From contig JANQEB010000012.1 in NCBI GenBank assembly GCA_028278605.1, forward strand, positions 1 to 41,351: a stretch of 41,351 nt of DNA. The letters run 5' to 3'. Below, one piece after another: positions 25,325 to 32,976 of this stretch. A model generated the notes under the pieces. It ran no database searches and was not told the DNA's origin. It saw only the letters and a program-made list of their open reading frames with translations. This DNA is from Candidatus Gastranaerophilales bacterium. Lineage in GTDB: Bacteria; Cyanobacteriota; Vampirovibrionia; Gastranaerophilales; UBA9971. Every line of letters begins with the position of its first letter. Positions within the stretch are counted from its first letter, which is position 1. Position numbers and translations under genes: made by a program.

Positions 25325-25861
25325 ATGAAACTTAATACAGGAAAAGACACACTTGATCTTGGTTTCCCGGTCCCTGAAGCTGGTGTATCAAACATGCAGA
25401 TAATGGATGTTGACTACTCAGAAAATGAAGAGACCGGAGCGTTAAACCTGAAACTAAAAATGGTTATTCTTGAAAATGTTGAAGGACCGGCAGACAATGT
25501 AAACATGCAGCCAATGTACAATATCAATTTGGTTGATGGTGAAGGCAAACCGAATGCATTTGGTGAAAAAACAATTTGTAGTCTTTTAACGGTATGTGAC
25601 TTGGCTGATGCGTTTGAAAAGAAATTTCCAGATGATACGGCCTTTACCGATGAGAAGTTTATCAGTGCCTTGCAAATGAAGCTCCCCAAAAATGTTGTAC
25701 AGTTCAAACATGACCAGGGAGAATTCAATAATAAACCTTCAATGGAATGGTTACAGTTAAGCAGGGTAGCCAAGAACAAAGCAGCCGGTAAAAAGGCAGC
25801 AGCCAAGAAGGAAAATACAAAACCGGCTGAAGATGCAGTGGCCGATGACGATGACTGGTAA
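25325..25861 (+). CDS. Putative ssDNA-binding protein (DUF669-like) with acidic C-terminal tail
   Basis: C-terminal 'AEDAVADDDDW' (acidic tail ending in an aromatic residue). Located in the recombination module. Confidence 0.4.
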   Translation: MKLNTGKDTLDLGFPVPEAGVSNMQIMDVDYSENEETGALNLKLKMVILENVEGPADNVNMQPMYNINLVDGEGKPNAFGEKTICSLLTVCDLADAFEKKFPDDTAFTDEKFISALQMKLPKNVVQFKHDQGEFNNKPSMEWLQLSRVAKNKAAGKKAAAKKENTKPAEDAVADDDDW

Positions 25862-25897
25862 ACTGTCACAACAACTGTAATTAAACTAAATAAACGG

Positions 25898-25922
25898 GGC
25901 CGGTGAAAGTCCGGCCTTGTTT
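25898..25922 (+). terminator. Intrinsic terminator
   Basis: 'ggccgg' tgaaagt 'ccggcc' followed by 'ttgttt'. Confidence 0.7.
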
Positions 25923-25936
25923 AGAAGGAAATTATT

Positions 25937-26155
25937 ATGAAGTATAAAAACAGATGTGAAGGATGGATAAGAAAAGGCGGTGCTTTTACTTTGGGGCCGG
26001 TTGAGTGGACTCAATGTGAAAATGAAAGTATCGTAATGATTAAATTCAAACAAGGTGATGAAGACGTAACCACTTTACCAGCATGTAAAGGATGTTGGCA
26101 AAGATGTATTGATTCAAATGATATAAAAATACTTTCAGCAAAACCAATAGTATGA
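25937..26155 (+). CDS. Hypothetical small Cys-rich protein
   Basis: 72 aa, RBS 'gaagga'. Confidence 0.5.
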   Translation: MKYKNRCEGWIRKGGAFTLGPVEWTQCENESIVMIKFKQGDEDVTTLPACKGCWQRCIDSNDIKILSAKPIV

Positions 26156-26448
26156 ATCCAAAAAGACAAATAGACAGACTTAGTGACAAAGATTTTAAAG
26201 CAATAGAAGATGTTTTATATTTTGATGTTAAATACAACACACAATCTTGCCCTTTTATAGACCTTCAAAGAAATAAGCATTGTAATAAATGTATTTATAT
26301 CTTCCCTGCAATAAGATTATGGATTACTGATTTTTCGTGCAGCATTAGAGACCAGGCTTGTCCGTGCTTTCATTATTCAAAAAAATATATTCGTAAAGTA
26401 ATTAGAAAGATATTAAAAGACTATGAGAATAAAAAACAGAGCAGCTAA
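26152..26448 (+). CDS. Hypothetical Cys-rich protein
   Basis: ATGA overlap with the upstream gene. Confidence 0.5.
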   Translation: MNPKRQIDRLSDKDFKAIEDVLYFDVKYNTQSCPFIDLQRNKHCNKCIYIFPAIRLWITDFSCSIRDQACPCFHYSKKYIRKVIRKILKDYENKKQSS

Positions 26449-26956
26449 AAGCGTACAGCAGGACAATAAGCCATACAAATTTAAACCTTGTATATTTCCT
26501 GATGACTTCCATTTAATAGTAGACACACAAGAGAAGAAACCATTATTTACAAGAACACCAGGTTTGACGCTGACTCGTAAAACATTAAAAGATGGTGACT
26601 ACAGTATTAAAGGGTTTGAAAATTGTTTTTTTATTGAACGCAAAATGACTTCAGATTTTTATACATACATAGGAGTCGAAAGATCAAAGACAATTAAAAA
26701 AGTAGAAAGAATGTCACAAGCTATACAAGATCATGATGGTTTTGCAGCACTTGTGATTGAAGCAGATATATATGAATTATTCAGTTTGCAGTATTATACA
26801 GAGATGACACCTGAACATGCAGCCGGTTTTATAACTTCATTAAATTTAAAATGCAACATCCACACATTTATAAGCAATGATAGAAAGCTTCTTGAAAAGT
26901 GGATACTAGACAGAGCTATTAAGTTTTATAAGTTAAAACGTGGTTTAACAAAGTAA
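26423..26956 (+). CDS. ERCC4-type (XPF/Mus81-like) nuclease, possible junction resolvase
   Basis: 'IVDTQEKKP', 'GDYSI' and 'FFIERKMTSD' give the GDY...ERKxxxD motif. Confidence 0.55.
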   Translation: MRIKNRAAKSVQQDNKPYKFKPCIFPDDFHLIVDTQEKKPLFTRTPGLTLTRKTLKDGDYSIKGFENCFFIERKMTSDFYTYIGVERSKTIKKVERMSQAIQDHDGFAALVIEADIYELFSLQYYTEMTPEHAAGFITSLNLKCNIHTFISNDRKLLEKWILDRAIKFYKLKRGLTK

Positions 26957-26979
26957 CATTTAAATAAGGGTGGTGCTTT

Positions 26980-27582
26980 ATGAAAATAAAAGGCAAGGGT
27001 AAGGAGAACATGAATCTGCGTGAATCCTGGGGTAAACGGATAGCACGTGATAACATGCATAATGTACCGATCATCACCAGTTTACCGAAAGACGCTGAAA
27101 AAGCTGATGTCAGAGTCCGTGTCATTGGAAGACTAGCGCATATGGCAAAAACGATTTGTCAATGTAATCGGCAGCGGTTTAAAAATGTTGGTGATGTATA
27201 TCGTGCTGGTCTTTATTTTTCAATCATCATTTTATTTGAAATGTATGGTGGTGAACCGGATAGTAAGGATACTGCGTATGGACATGAAGTGTATGATATT
27301 TTAAAGAAGAATGAAAAATATCGTGCCATGTCAACGTTATTAGACGACATCGTAACCTCAGCAAATGATGTTATTAAAGCTGCTGATGATAGCATAATAT
27401 CGATGAAGAGCATGAGACAAGAGCTTGAAGAGTTGATTGAAGAGATGCCAGGGAACGTACAAAAAGCTGCTGAAAACCGGATTAAAAGATTATTGGATGG
27501 TAGTAAAATGTCAGACATCAGGGATAATCAATTTCGTGGTGGAGACCGAAAAAGTAAAGTATACAAGAGGAACAATCGTTAG
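26980..27582 (+). CDS. Hypothetical protein adjacent to the 8-bp repeat array (candidate DNA-binding or initiator protein, speculative)
   Basis: 200 aa, RBS 'aagggtggtg'. The array starts 10 bp after its stop. Confidence 0.4.
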   Translation: MKIKGKGKENMNLRESWGKRIARDNMHNVPIITSLPKDAEKADVRVRVIGRLAHMAKTICQCNRQRFKNVGDVYRAGLYFSIIILFEMYGGEPDSKDTAYGHEVYDILKKNEKYRAMSTLLDDIVTSANDVIKAADDSIISMKSMRQELEELIEEMPGNVQKAAENRIKRLLDGSKMSDIRDNQFRGGDRKSKVYKRNNR

Positions 27583-27591
27583 AAACAATCG

Positions 27592-27723
27592 TTGATATAT
27601 TGACATATTGATACTTTGATATTTTGATTTATTGATATTATGATACATTGATACTTTGATTTTAATATAGGGATAATTGATAATTGTCATATTGATATTA
27701 TGATGTGTTGATACTTTGATGCC
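27592..27723 (+). repeat. Array of TTGATAnn-type octamers with an exact 8-bp period (iteron/operator-like)
   Basis: TTGAT/TTGAC/ATGAT cores start at 27592, 27600, 27608, 27616, 27624, 27632, 27640, 27648 and 27656, then at 27677, 27692, 27700, 27708 and 27716. A 29-bp block at 27632-27660 recurs at 27692-27720. Confidence 0.9.
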
Positions 27724-27768
27724 GATCAACCATCCCTAATAGTAATAGTATAAGTATAATTATAAAGG

Positions 27769-28008
27769 ATGTCAGAAATGAATGTTTTAAGATTTATAAT
27801 AACATCAGCTAAATTGATAATTGCATTGGTTTATATGGTAGTTTCCTTTATTCTTATCGTACCATTTACTTTTACGGGGATATACTTTTTTAAGATGGAA
27901 ATGAAGCAGCTTGAAAAAATTTGTGCTTATCAATCTGCAATCTTTCATGTCATCCTGGGAAGCAAACTAAAAGGAATTAAAAATGAAGATCAAAAACTAC
28001 AAGATTAA
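27769..28008 (+). CDS. Small membrane protein (two predicted TM helices)
   Basis: Hydrophobic stretches 'LIIALVYMVVSFILIVPFTFTGIYFF'. Confidence 0.5.
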   Translation: MSEMNVLRFIITSAKLIIALVYMVVSFILIVPFTFTGIYFFKMEMKQLEKICAYQSAIFHVILGSKLKGIKNEDQKLQD

Positions 28009-28177
28009 TCCGGACCCTAGTACAATTAAAATGCCAAGAGGTAAACATAAAGGTGAATATATTTGTGATCTGCCTACTGACTATTTATTATGGATAGCTG
28101 AAAATTGGTCAGAGAAATCAGACCAAGATAAATCGATATGTATGGCTGCTGATATTGAATATCAGGATAGGGTTTAA
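27983..28177 (+). CDS. DUF3820-like protein
   Basis: 'MPRGKHKGEYICDLPTDYLLWIAENW' matches the conserved FGKYKG...YLxW motif. Confidence 0.55.
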   Translation: MKIKNYKINPDPSTIKMPRGKHKGEYICDLPTDYLLWIAENWSEKSDQDKSICMAADIEYQDRV

Positions 28178-28298
28178 TCAACAGAATTGGAGACAAGGCT
28201 ATCTTCAAGATATAATCAGGTGCTCTAAAATAAAGTGGCTGAAAATCGCACCTGAGAGCGCTAATGTTACAGATATATAAAAAGGAATATATATTATT

Positions 28299-28454
28299 AT
28301 GGCACAAAAATATCAGACATTAAAGGTTACTGGTATGTTTCCGCAAAAACATTGTCCAACTTGTGGAGAATATAGAAATTATGAATTCACAGGCAATGTT
28401 ATGTTTGCTTATTTTTCATGTTTGGGATTAGTTGAGAGCGATTTTACGGTTTAG
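28299..28454 (+). CDS. Small hypothetical protein (51 aa, not in the track)
   Basis: ATG 28299 follows 'aaaagga'. Contains 'CPTCG'. Manually translated to TAG 28452-28454. Confidence 0.35.
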   Translation: MAQKYQTLKVTGMFPQKHCPTCGEYRNYEFTGNVMFAYFSCLGLVESDFTV

Positions 28455-28504
28455 AGACCTTACAAAATAAAAATAAAAAAAGTGAAAATAATTGAAAAAA
28501 TGTC

Positions 28505-28533
28505 TTGACATTTAATCAAAGATGGTTTAGTAT
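28505..28533 (+). promoter_or_regulatory. Near-consensus sigma70-like early promoter (TTGACA, 17-nt spacer, TAGTAT) with A-rich UP-like region
   Basis: 'ttgaca' at 28505-28510 and 'tagtat' at 28528-28533, preceded by 'aaaataaaaataaaaaaa'. Confidence 0.65.
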
Positions 28534-28589
28534 TTAAATCAAGATGACAGAAAATACTAACCATAATAAAAAGGAAAAGGAGACATTAA

Positions 28590-28820
28590 ATGGCATATGT
28601 AATTTATCAAGAGGGATACGTAATTTATGGTTATGGACAAACAAAAGAAGAGGCTATAAATGATGCATCGGAATGGACTGACATTGATAAGGACAACCTA
28701 AAAGAAACCCATGAAGCAAATCATGGCGACATGGTTATTGAAAAAATAACAAAGAAACATCTGATTTGTTTAGAGGCACAATCAGATGTTTCTGAAGCAT
28801 TCCATTGTTTTTGTAATTAA
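28590..28820 (+). CDS. Small acidic hypothetical protein (first gene of an early operon)
   Basis: RBS 'aaaggag'. Confidence 0.55.
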   Translation: MAYVIYQEGYVIYGYGQTKEEAINDASEWTDIDKDNLKETHEANHGDMVIEKITKKHLICLEAQSDVSEAFHCFCN

Positions 28821-28996
28821 ATATTAAAAAAAGGAGAACAAAATGGAAGAAATTATTAATGAAGTTTATAAAAAATTAGTCGAACAAAAAAGTACGTAAA
28901 AGCCGTTTGTAAAAAATTTAATTGCAAAACCGAACAAGAACTTCTGCGGGCTGTATAAATTATTTTTTTCAAAAAATTTAAAAAGGAAATATCGAA

Positions 28997-29209
28997 ATGC
29001 CAAGAAAAAAAACAATAACACACACAAACAAGGCAAAGAGAGAATACATTGATCGGTGGTCATCTCATTTTGATGAAATGAGTCAGCTCGTACTTGTAAT
29101 ACCAGACAACGTTGGTGTTGATTTTGTAGTATGGCTAAAAAAGCAAAAAGCTGAGTTTAATGTTTGGCTTAAACTTGCTGCTGATGAAATTTATGGTATT
29201 GATGATTGA
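28997..29209 (+). CDS. Hypothetical small protein
   Basis: 70-aa ORF in the early operon. Confidence 0.45.
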   Translation: MPRKKTITHTNKAKREYIDRWSSHFDEMSQLVLVIPDNVGVDFVVWLKKQKAEFNVWLKLAADEIYGIDD

Positions 29210-29231
29210 AACAATAAGAAAGGTACAGACA

Positions 29232-30140
29232 ATGACAACTGATACTATCGAAATTTTAACCATCACAAAACTAAAAGATCTTAAATCGTACAATACAAAA
29301 ATATTGCTTGCCAAATATAATGAGTTGGCAGAACGTCCAATTAAAGCGGTCAAGACATCAAGAAAAGAATTTTGTAAAAGACTGCTTTCGTTAATCCTTG
29401 AAAAAAACAATAAGGCACGATCAAGGGCAGCATCTTCAGACAAAGACAAAACTAAAAACAAAGACAGTAAACCTAAAACCACAGATGAATCAAAGACAGT
29501 TTCGATATCTACTGATTCGATAGGAGAATATAAAGAACTTGATCGTGCCTTTAAATTCTACAATGAAAGATTATTCAAGGGCGCACTGCCTGATACCATT
29601 ATCTCTTTACGTGGGCGCAAATCATGTAATGGTTTTTTTCGTGCTCAATCATTTAAATCAAGAGAAAACGAAGAGGTTGAACCAGATGAAATAGCAATGA
29701 ACCCTGAACACTTCAGCCGGTCGATTGAAGAAATCTTGTCAACCCTGGTACATGAGATGGTACACAGTTGGCAATTTCATTGTGGTAAAAAAAAGAAGGT
29801 AACAAAATATCATAACAAAGAATGGGCTGAACAAATGGAGCTAGTTGGTCTTGTTCCTTCTGTTACTGGTGCTGAAGGTGGTAAGAAGACCGGGCAAAGC
29901 ATGACGCATTATATTGAAGAAGGCGGTATCTTTGAAACAGTAACCGCTGAACTCCTTAAGTCAGGTCTCAATCTTAAATGGGTAAGACTTCAAAATTTAA
30001 CCAAGACAAAAAAATCTAAAGTAAAATACACTTGTCCTGATTGCGACCAGAACGCATGGGCTAAACCTGATGCAGTATTAAGATGTGGCTTATGCTGTGA
30101 TGATATGGGAGAAGCTGTTTTGATGAAATCTGAAGAATAG
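29232..30140 (+). CDS. SprT-like zinc metalloprotease domain protein (ArdC-C-terminal-like)
   Basis: 'LVHEMVHSWQ' (HExxH) and 'YHNKEWAEQMELVGL'. C-terminal CxxC...CxxC. ATG 29232 with RBS 'agaaagg' is preferred over the track start 29160. Confidence 0.6.
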   Translation: MTTDTIEILTITKLKDLKSYNTKILLAKYNELAERPIKAVKTSRKEFCKRLLSLILEKNNKARSRAASSDKDKTKNKDSKPKTTDESKTVSISTDSIGEYKELDRAFKFYNERLFKGALPDTIISLRGRKSCNGFFRAQSFKSRENEEVEPDEIAMNPEHFSRSIEEILSTLVHEMVHSWQFHCGKKKKVTKYHNKEWAEQMELVGLVPSVTGAEGGKKTGQSMTHYIEEGGIFETVTAELLKSGLNLKWVRLQNLTKTKKSKVKYTCPDCDQNAWAKPDAVLRCGLCCDDMGEAVLMKSEE

Positions 30141-30143
30141 ATT

Positions 30144-30161
30144 TTATATCGTACTATATAA
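30144..30161. promoter_or_regulatory. 18-bp motif, CGTACT class (TTATATCGTACTATATAA)
   Basis: Exact. Followed by an A-run, RBS and ATG 30179. Confidence 0.8.
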
Positions 30162-30178
30162 AAAAAAGGAGAACAAAA

Positions 30179-30364
30179 ATGACTGCTATTAAATCTTCAA
30201 ACAAAAAATGTAACGAATGCTTACTAGCTTCTAAATTCAATCTTTATGATGAAGAAGATTTATTACATATATTTGTTGTTTGTTGTGAATTGAAATCTGA
30301 TCATTATTGTCATGTATTAGATTCTGACCATCAAGGATGTAATTGTTTTATTGAAAAGGAATAA
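30179..30364 (+). CDS. Hypothetical small Cys-rich protein
   Basis: RBS 'aaggag'. Preceded by the 18-bp motif. Confidence 0.5.
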   Translation: MTAIKSSNKKCNECLLASKFNLYDEEDLLHIFVVCCELKSDHYCHVLDSDHQGCNCFIEKE

Positions 30365-30370
30365 AAAAAA

Positions 30371-30640
30371 ATGAACTCACTATACAAGCTTGAACAAGAG
30401 CAACAAGCAGTGCTTGAAGCTATGGCTAATCTTCATATATGTGGAACAAAGCCAGTTATCATAATTCATAAAAATGGTACATATGAATTTGATTATGAAT
30501 GGATTAATGAAAAAGACAAAAAATTGTTCAACCAGTCAGTTGAATTGTTAAAATTTTTATCAACCAAAATTCAAAAAGCATTACTAAAAGAAACATACAA
30601 AGAAGAATTTAAATCTATAAACATAGCAAGGATTAGCTAA
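30371..30640 (+). CDS. Hypothetical protein
   Basis: 89 aa, tightly packed. Confidence 0.5.
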   Translation: MNSLYKLEQEQQAVLEAMANLHICGTKPVIIIHKNGTYEFDYEWINEKDKKLFNQSVELLKFLSTKIQKALLKETYKEEFKSINIARIS

Positions 30641-30641
30641 C

Positions 30642-30839
30642 ATGAAATCAAGAGAACAATATAAAAACAGAACATATACTAAAATTATTCTTGAAGACGG
30701 CCTAACCATTATTCAATGCAATGACTGCAATGCTTATGCTGAAAAACCTGGTGGCATAAAACATCATGATACATGTCAACCTGGTGAAGCTGCATATTGG
30801 CGTGACTTTTATCGTGAAGCAAGCTTGGAGTATGAGTGA
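30642..30839 (+). CDS. Hypothetical small protein
   Basis: 65 aa. Its stop overlaps the next start. Confidence 0.5.
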   Translation: MKSREQYKNRTYTKIILEDGLTIIQCNDCNAYAEKPGGIKHHDTCQPGEAAYWRDFYREASLEYE

Positions 30840-31033
30840 TGTCGAGGGGTGGAAAGCGAAAAGGCGCAGGTAGACCAAGGGGAAAAGTTATTCCGGAAAG
30901 TTTAAGACGTAAAAAGTTTTCAATTAGAATACCAGCGTATCTAATAAGACTGTTAAAAATGGCAAGTATAAATAGACAGCTCTCACAAGGCAAAATAGTT
31001 GAAAGGGCTTTAAAAAAATATTTAGGACTATAA
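30836..31033 (+). CDS. Ribbon-helix-helix (CopG-like) DNA-binding protein with basic N-terminal arm
   Basis: Strand 'KFSIRIP' and helices 'AYLIRLLKMAS' and 'SQGKIVERALKKYL'. Confidence 0.6.
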   Translation: MMSRGGKRKGAGRPRGKVIPESLRRKKFSIRIPAYLIRLLKMASINRQLSQGKIVERALKKYLGL

Positions 31034-31149
31034 CAGACCTAGAGCTATAACAGGCAAGAAAGGAAAAAAATGAGAAATAAAAAATATTCAAACTGTAAAG
31101 TGTAATCAATTTTTTAAGGTGGGGTGGGCATGAAATGACACTGCACTTG

Positions 31150-31184
31150 ATTAGCTTTGTACAGTACTTAATTAGCTTTGTACA
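31150..31184 (+). repeat. 14-bp direct repeat 'attagctttgtaca' x2 with 21-bp spacing (candidate operator)
   Basis: 31150-31163 and 31171-31184 are identical. Intergenic, downstream of the RHH gene. Confidence 0.85.
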
Positions 31185-31215
31185 AAATAAACTATGAAAG
31201 GTGGTGATATACAAA

Positions 31216-31446
31216 ATGATTAACTCAATACTCAAATGTCAAAAAGGTGCGTCAACACTGCTGCTTATGGTAGTTATCTGGACAACAATTACAGGTGGTT
31301 CAATACTTGGCAAAAAGGTTAAAGATCTTAAAGACTGTGAAGAGCGCTTGAAAAAGTATGAAGTATCTGAAGTTGCACAGCCGGTATCTTTTGAAGTGAC
31401 TGCCGACATAGACAATACAGACAGCACTACTGTTCAGCGCAGGTAA
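31216..31446 (+). CDS. Small membrane protein
   Basis: ATG 31216 follows 'aaaggtggtga'. TM segment 'STLLLMVVIWTTITGGSIL'. Confidence 0.5.
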   Translation: MINSILKCQKGASTLLLMVVIWTTITGGSILGKKVKDLKDCEERLKKYEVSEVAQPVSFEVTADIDNTDSTTVQRR

Positions 31447-31491
31447 ACATTTAGATAAGTCCTTAACTAAACATTTAACCGTGTCCGGTTT

Positions 31492-31902
31492 GTGGCTTAC
31501 ACAGCATGGACCGGGCACACATCAAAAAAAACAATGATAGAATACATTCAAAATATAGCACCACCTGCAAACTTAAATACAACTGCCGAAATGTTTATTG
31601 TTATGCATCGGCTTTACAAACATATAAGGATAGATAAAAATGATTGTTGGAATTTTGAAGGTCTCTTGGTTAATGGCTATGGTCGTATTAGCGTTGATAA
31701 CAAAAAATACCGCAGCCATAGGTTATCTTATGCTATTTTTCATATAGATGAAGATATAAGCAATAAGGTAATTTTACATACCTGTGACAATCCGTCTTGT
31801 ATAAATCCTTCTCATTTAAGAAGCGGTACACAAAGAGAAAATATACAAGACTGTATTAATAAAGGTAGGTTTAGTTTCAATTTGGGTAATCTTAAAAGGT
31901 AG
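31492..31902 (+). CDS. HNH homing endonuclease (HNH_3-like)
   Basis: 'NGYGRISVDNKKYRSHRLSY' and 'HTCDNPSCINPSHL'. The start is uncertain (GTG 31492 or ATG 31534). Confidence 0.8.
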   Translation: MAYTAWTGHTSKKTMIEYIQNIAPPANLNTTAEMFIVMHRLYKHIRIDKNDCWNFEGLLVNGYGRISVDNKKYRSHRLSYAIFHIDEDISNKVILHTCDNPSCINPSHLRSGTQRENIQDCINKGRFSFNLGNLKR

Positions 31903-31937
31903 TTCTAATACAAAGATGATATTATAAAGGTGACACC

Positions 31938-32078
31938 ATGAAACTTATAGTATTCATAGCAGGTTTTATTTTGGGCTTTCTTCTTGGAGTATTCACAAAG
32001 GCAAGAAAACTTAAATCTGAAAAAGACTTGTTTGAATATCGTAGCTGGAAAGATATGAAAAAAGATGAAGATGAATAA
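31938..32078 (+). CDS. Small membrane protein (46 aa, not in the track)
   Basis: RBS 'aaaggtga'. 'MKLIVFIAGFILGFLLGVF' TM helix followed by a charged tail. Confidence 0.45.
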   Translation: MKLIVFIAGFILGFLLGVFTKARKLKSEKDLFEYRSWKDMKKDEDE

Positions 32079-32097
32079 GGCAAGGGCAAGTAACTAA

Positions 32098-32655
32098 ATG
32101 ATATACATTACAAACTCAAATACTAAAATAGGAAACACGGGGAATATCAGCTTGCCACCTATAAAGACATGTTTTGATTTTCCATGTCATCAAGAATGTT
32201 ATGCTGTAAAGTTTTATAAGATGACTAATGTTAAGAAAAGCTGGGACACTAATCTAGCTCAGTTAAAAGAAAACAGAAGAATATACTTCGAGTTAATCAG
32301 AAGATACTTATTAAAAAAGAGGGTAAGATATTTTCGTTGGCACGTGTCAGGTGATATTATAGACCAAGATTATTTAGAGCGAATGAAGATATTGGCTTAT
32401 CATTATTACTTTACAAATTTTCTTGTTTACACAAAAGGATATCATTTAGATTTCAATAATACGCCTGGAAATTTGTCAATCATATTATCTGTGTGGCCTG
32501 GGGTTGATGTTCCTAAAAAGAACTTACCATTAGCATTTATCAAGACAAAAGAAGAAACAAGAATATTTAATGCTATTGATTGTCCAGGTCAATGTGAAGA
32601 GTGTAGAATATGTTGGAACATAAAAGATAAAAATATAGCACTAGAGAAGCACTAA
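32098..32655 (+). CDS. Conserved phage protein with N-terminal Cys cluster (GP88-like, function unknown)
   Basis: 'SLPPIKTCFDFPCHQECYA' and 'RWHVSGD', as I recall for the GP88 family. Confidence 0.35.
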   Translation: MIYITNSNTKIGNTGNISLPPIKTCFDFPCHQECYAVKFYKMTNVKKSWDTNLAQLKENRRIYFELIRRYLLKKRVRYFRWHVSGDIIDQDYLERMKILAYHYYFTNFLVYTKGYHLDFNNTPGNLSIILSVWPGVDVPKKNLPLAFIKTKEETRIFNAIDCPGQCEECRICWNIKDKNIALEKH

Positions 32656-32708
32656 AGAAACACTAGAGAAAAGCATTAACATAAAACAATGAATGGAGAC
32701 AATGACAA

Positions 32709-32961
32709 ATGCGCTACTTTATAGAGACAGCTTACCAAGTGTCAGAGCTTGAACAAAAAATTAAAACCAAAGAAGTTGAACCGGTTTTTCCAGGTACTAC
32801 TTAAAGACAGTGGACATATTAAAAGATTTACCTGGATGTTATTAAAACGTGATATAAATTTTGAACGAAAGCCATTAGGTTCAGGCATAACAATTTTTTA
32901 TATTGATTTGGATGTCGCTTTCTTTATGCCGAAAAAGGATTCCAAGAAACAAGACAAATAA
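32709..32961 (+). pseudogene. Possible frameshifted small gene (two frames joined at a T5 run)
   Basis: ATG 32709 with SD 'ggaga' stops after 31 codons. The +1 frame (track ORF 32749..32961, TTG start, no SD) continues. Removing one T from 'ggtttttcc' would fuse them. Confidence 0.3.
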
Positions 32962-32976
32962 AAGGGATGATCAATC

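Noticed and set aside
27592-27723. CRISPR array or minisatellite coding repeat
   Set aside because: An 8-bp period is far too short for a repeat-spacer architecture, and there are no unique spacers. The only ORF across it (27511..27729, minus strand) is a low-complexity artefact of the repeat.
28215-28252. Hairpin 'caggtgc'...'gcacctg' as a small RNA or terminator
   Set aside because: It has a 24-nt loop, no U-tract and no flanking promoter, so it is not distinguishable from chance.
31465-31515. 9-bp stem ('gtgtccggt'...'accgggcac') before or over the HNH gene start as a terminator
   Set aside because: It has a 20-nt loop and no T-tract on either strand. It may influence HNH translation initiation, but the evidence is insufficient.
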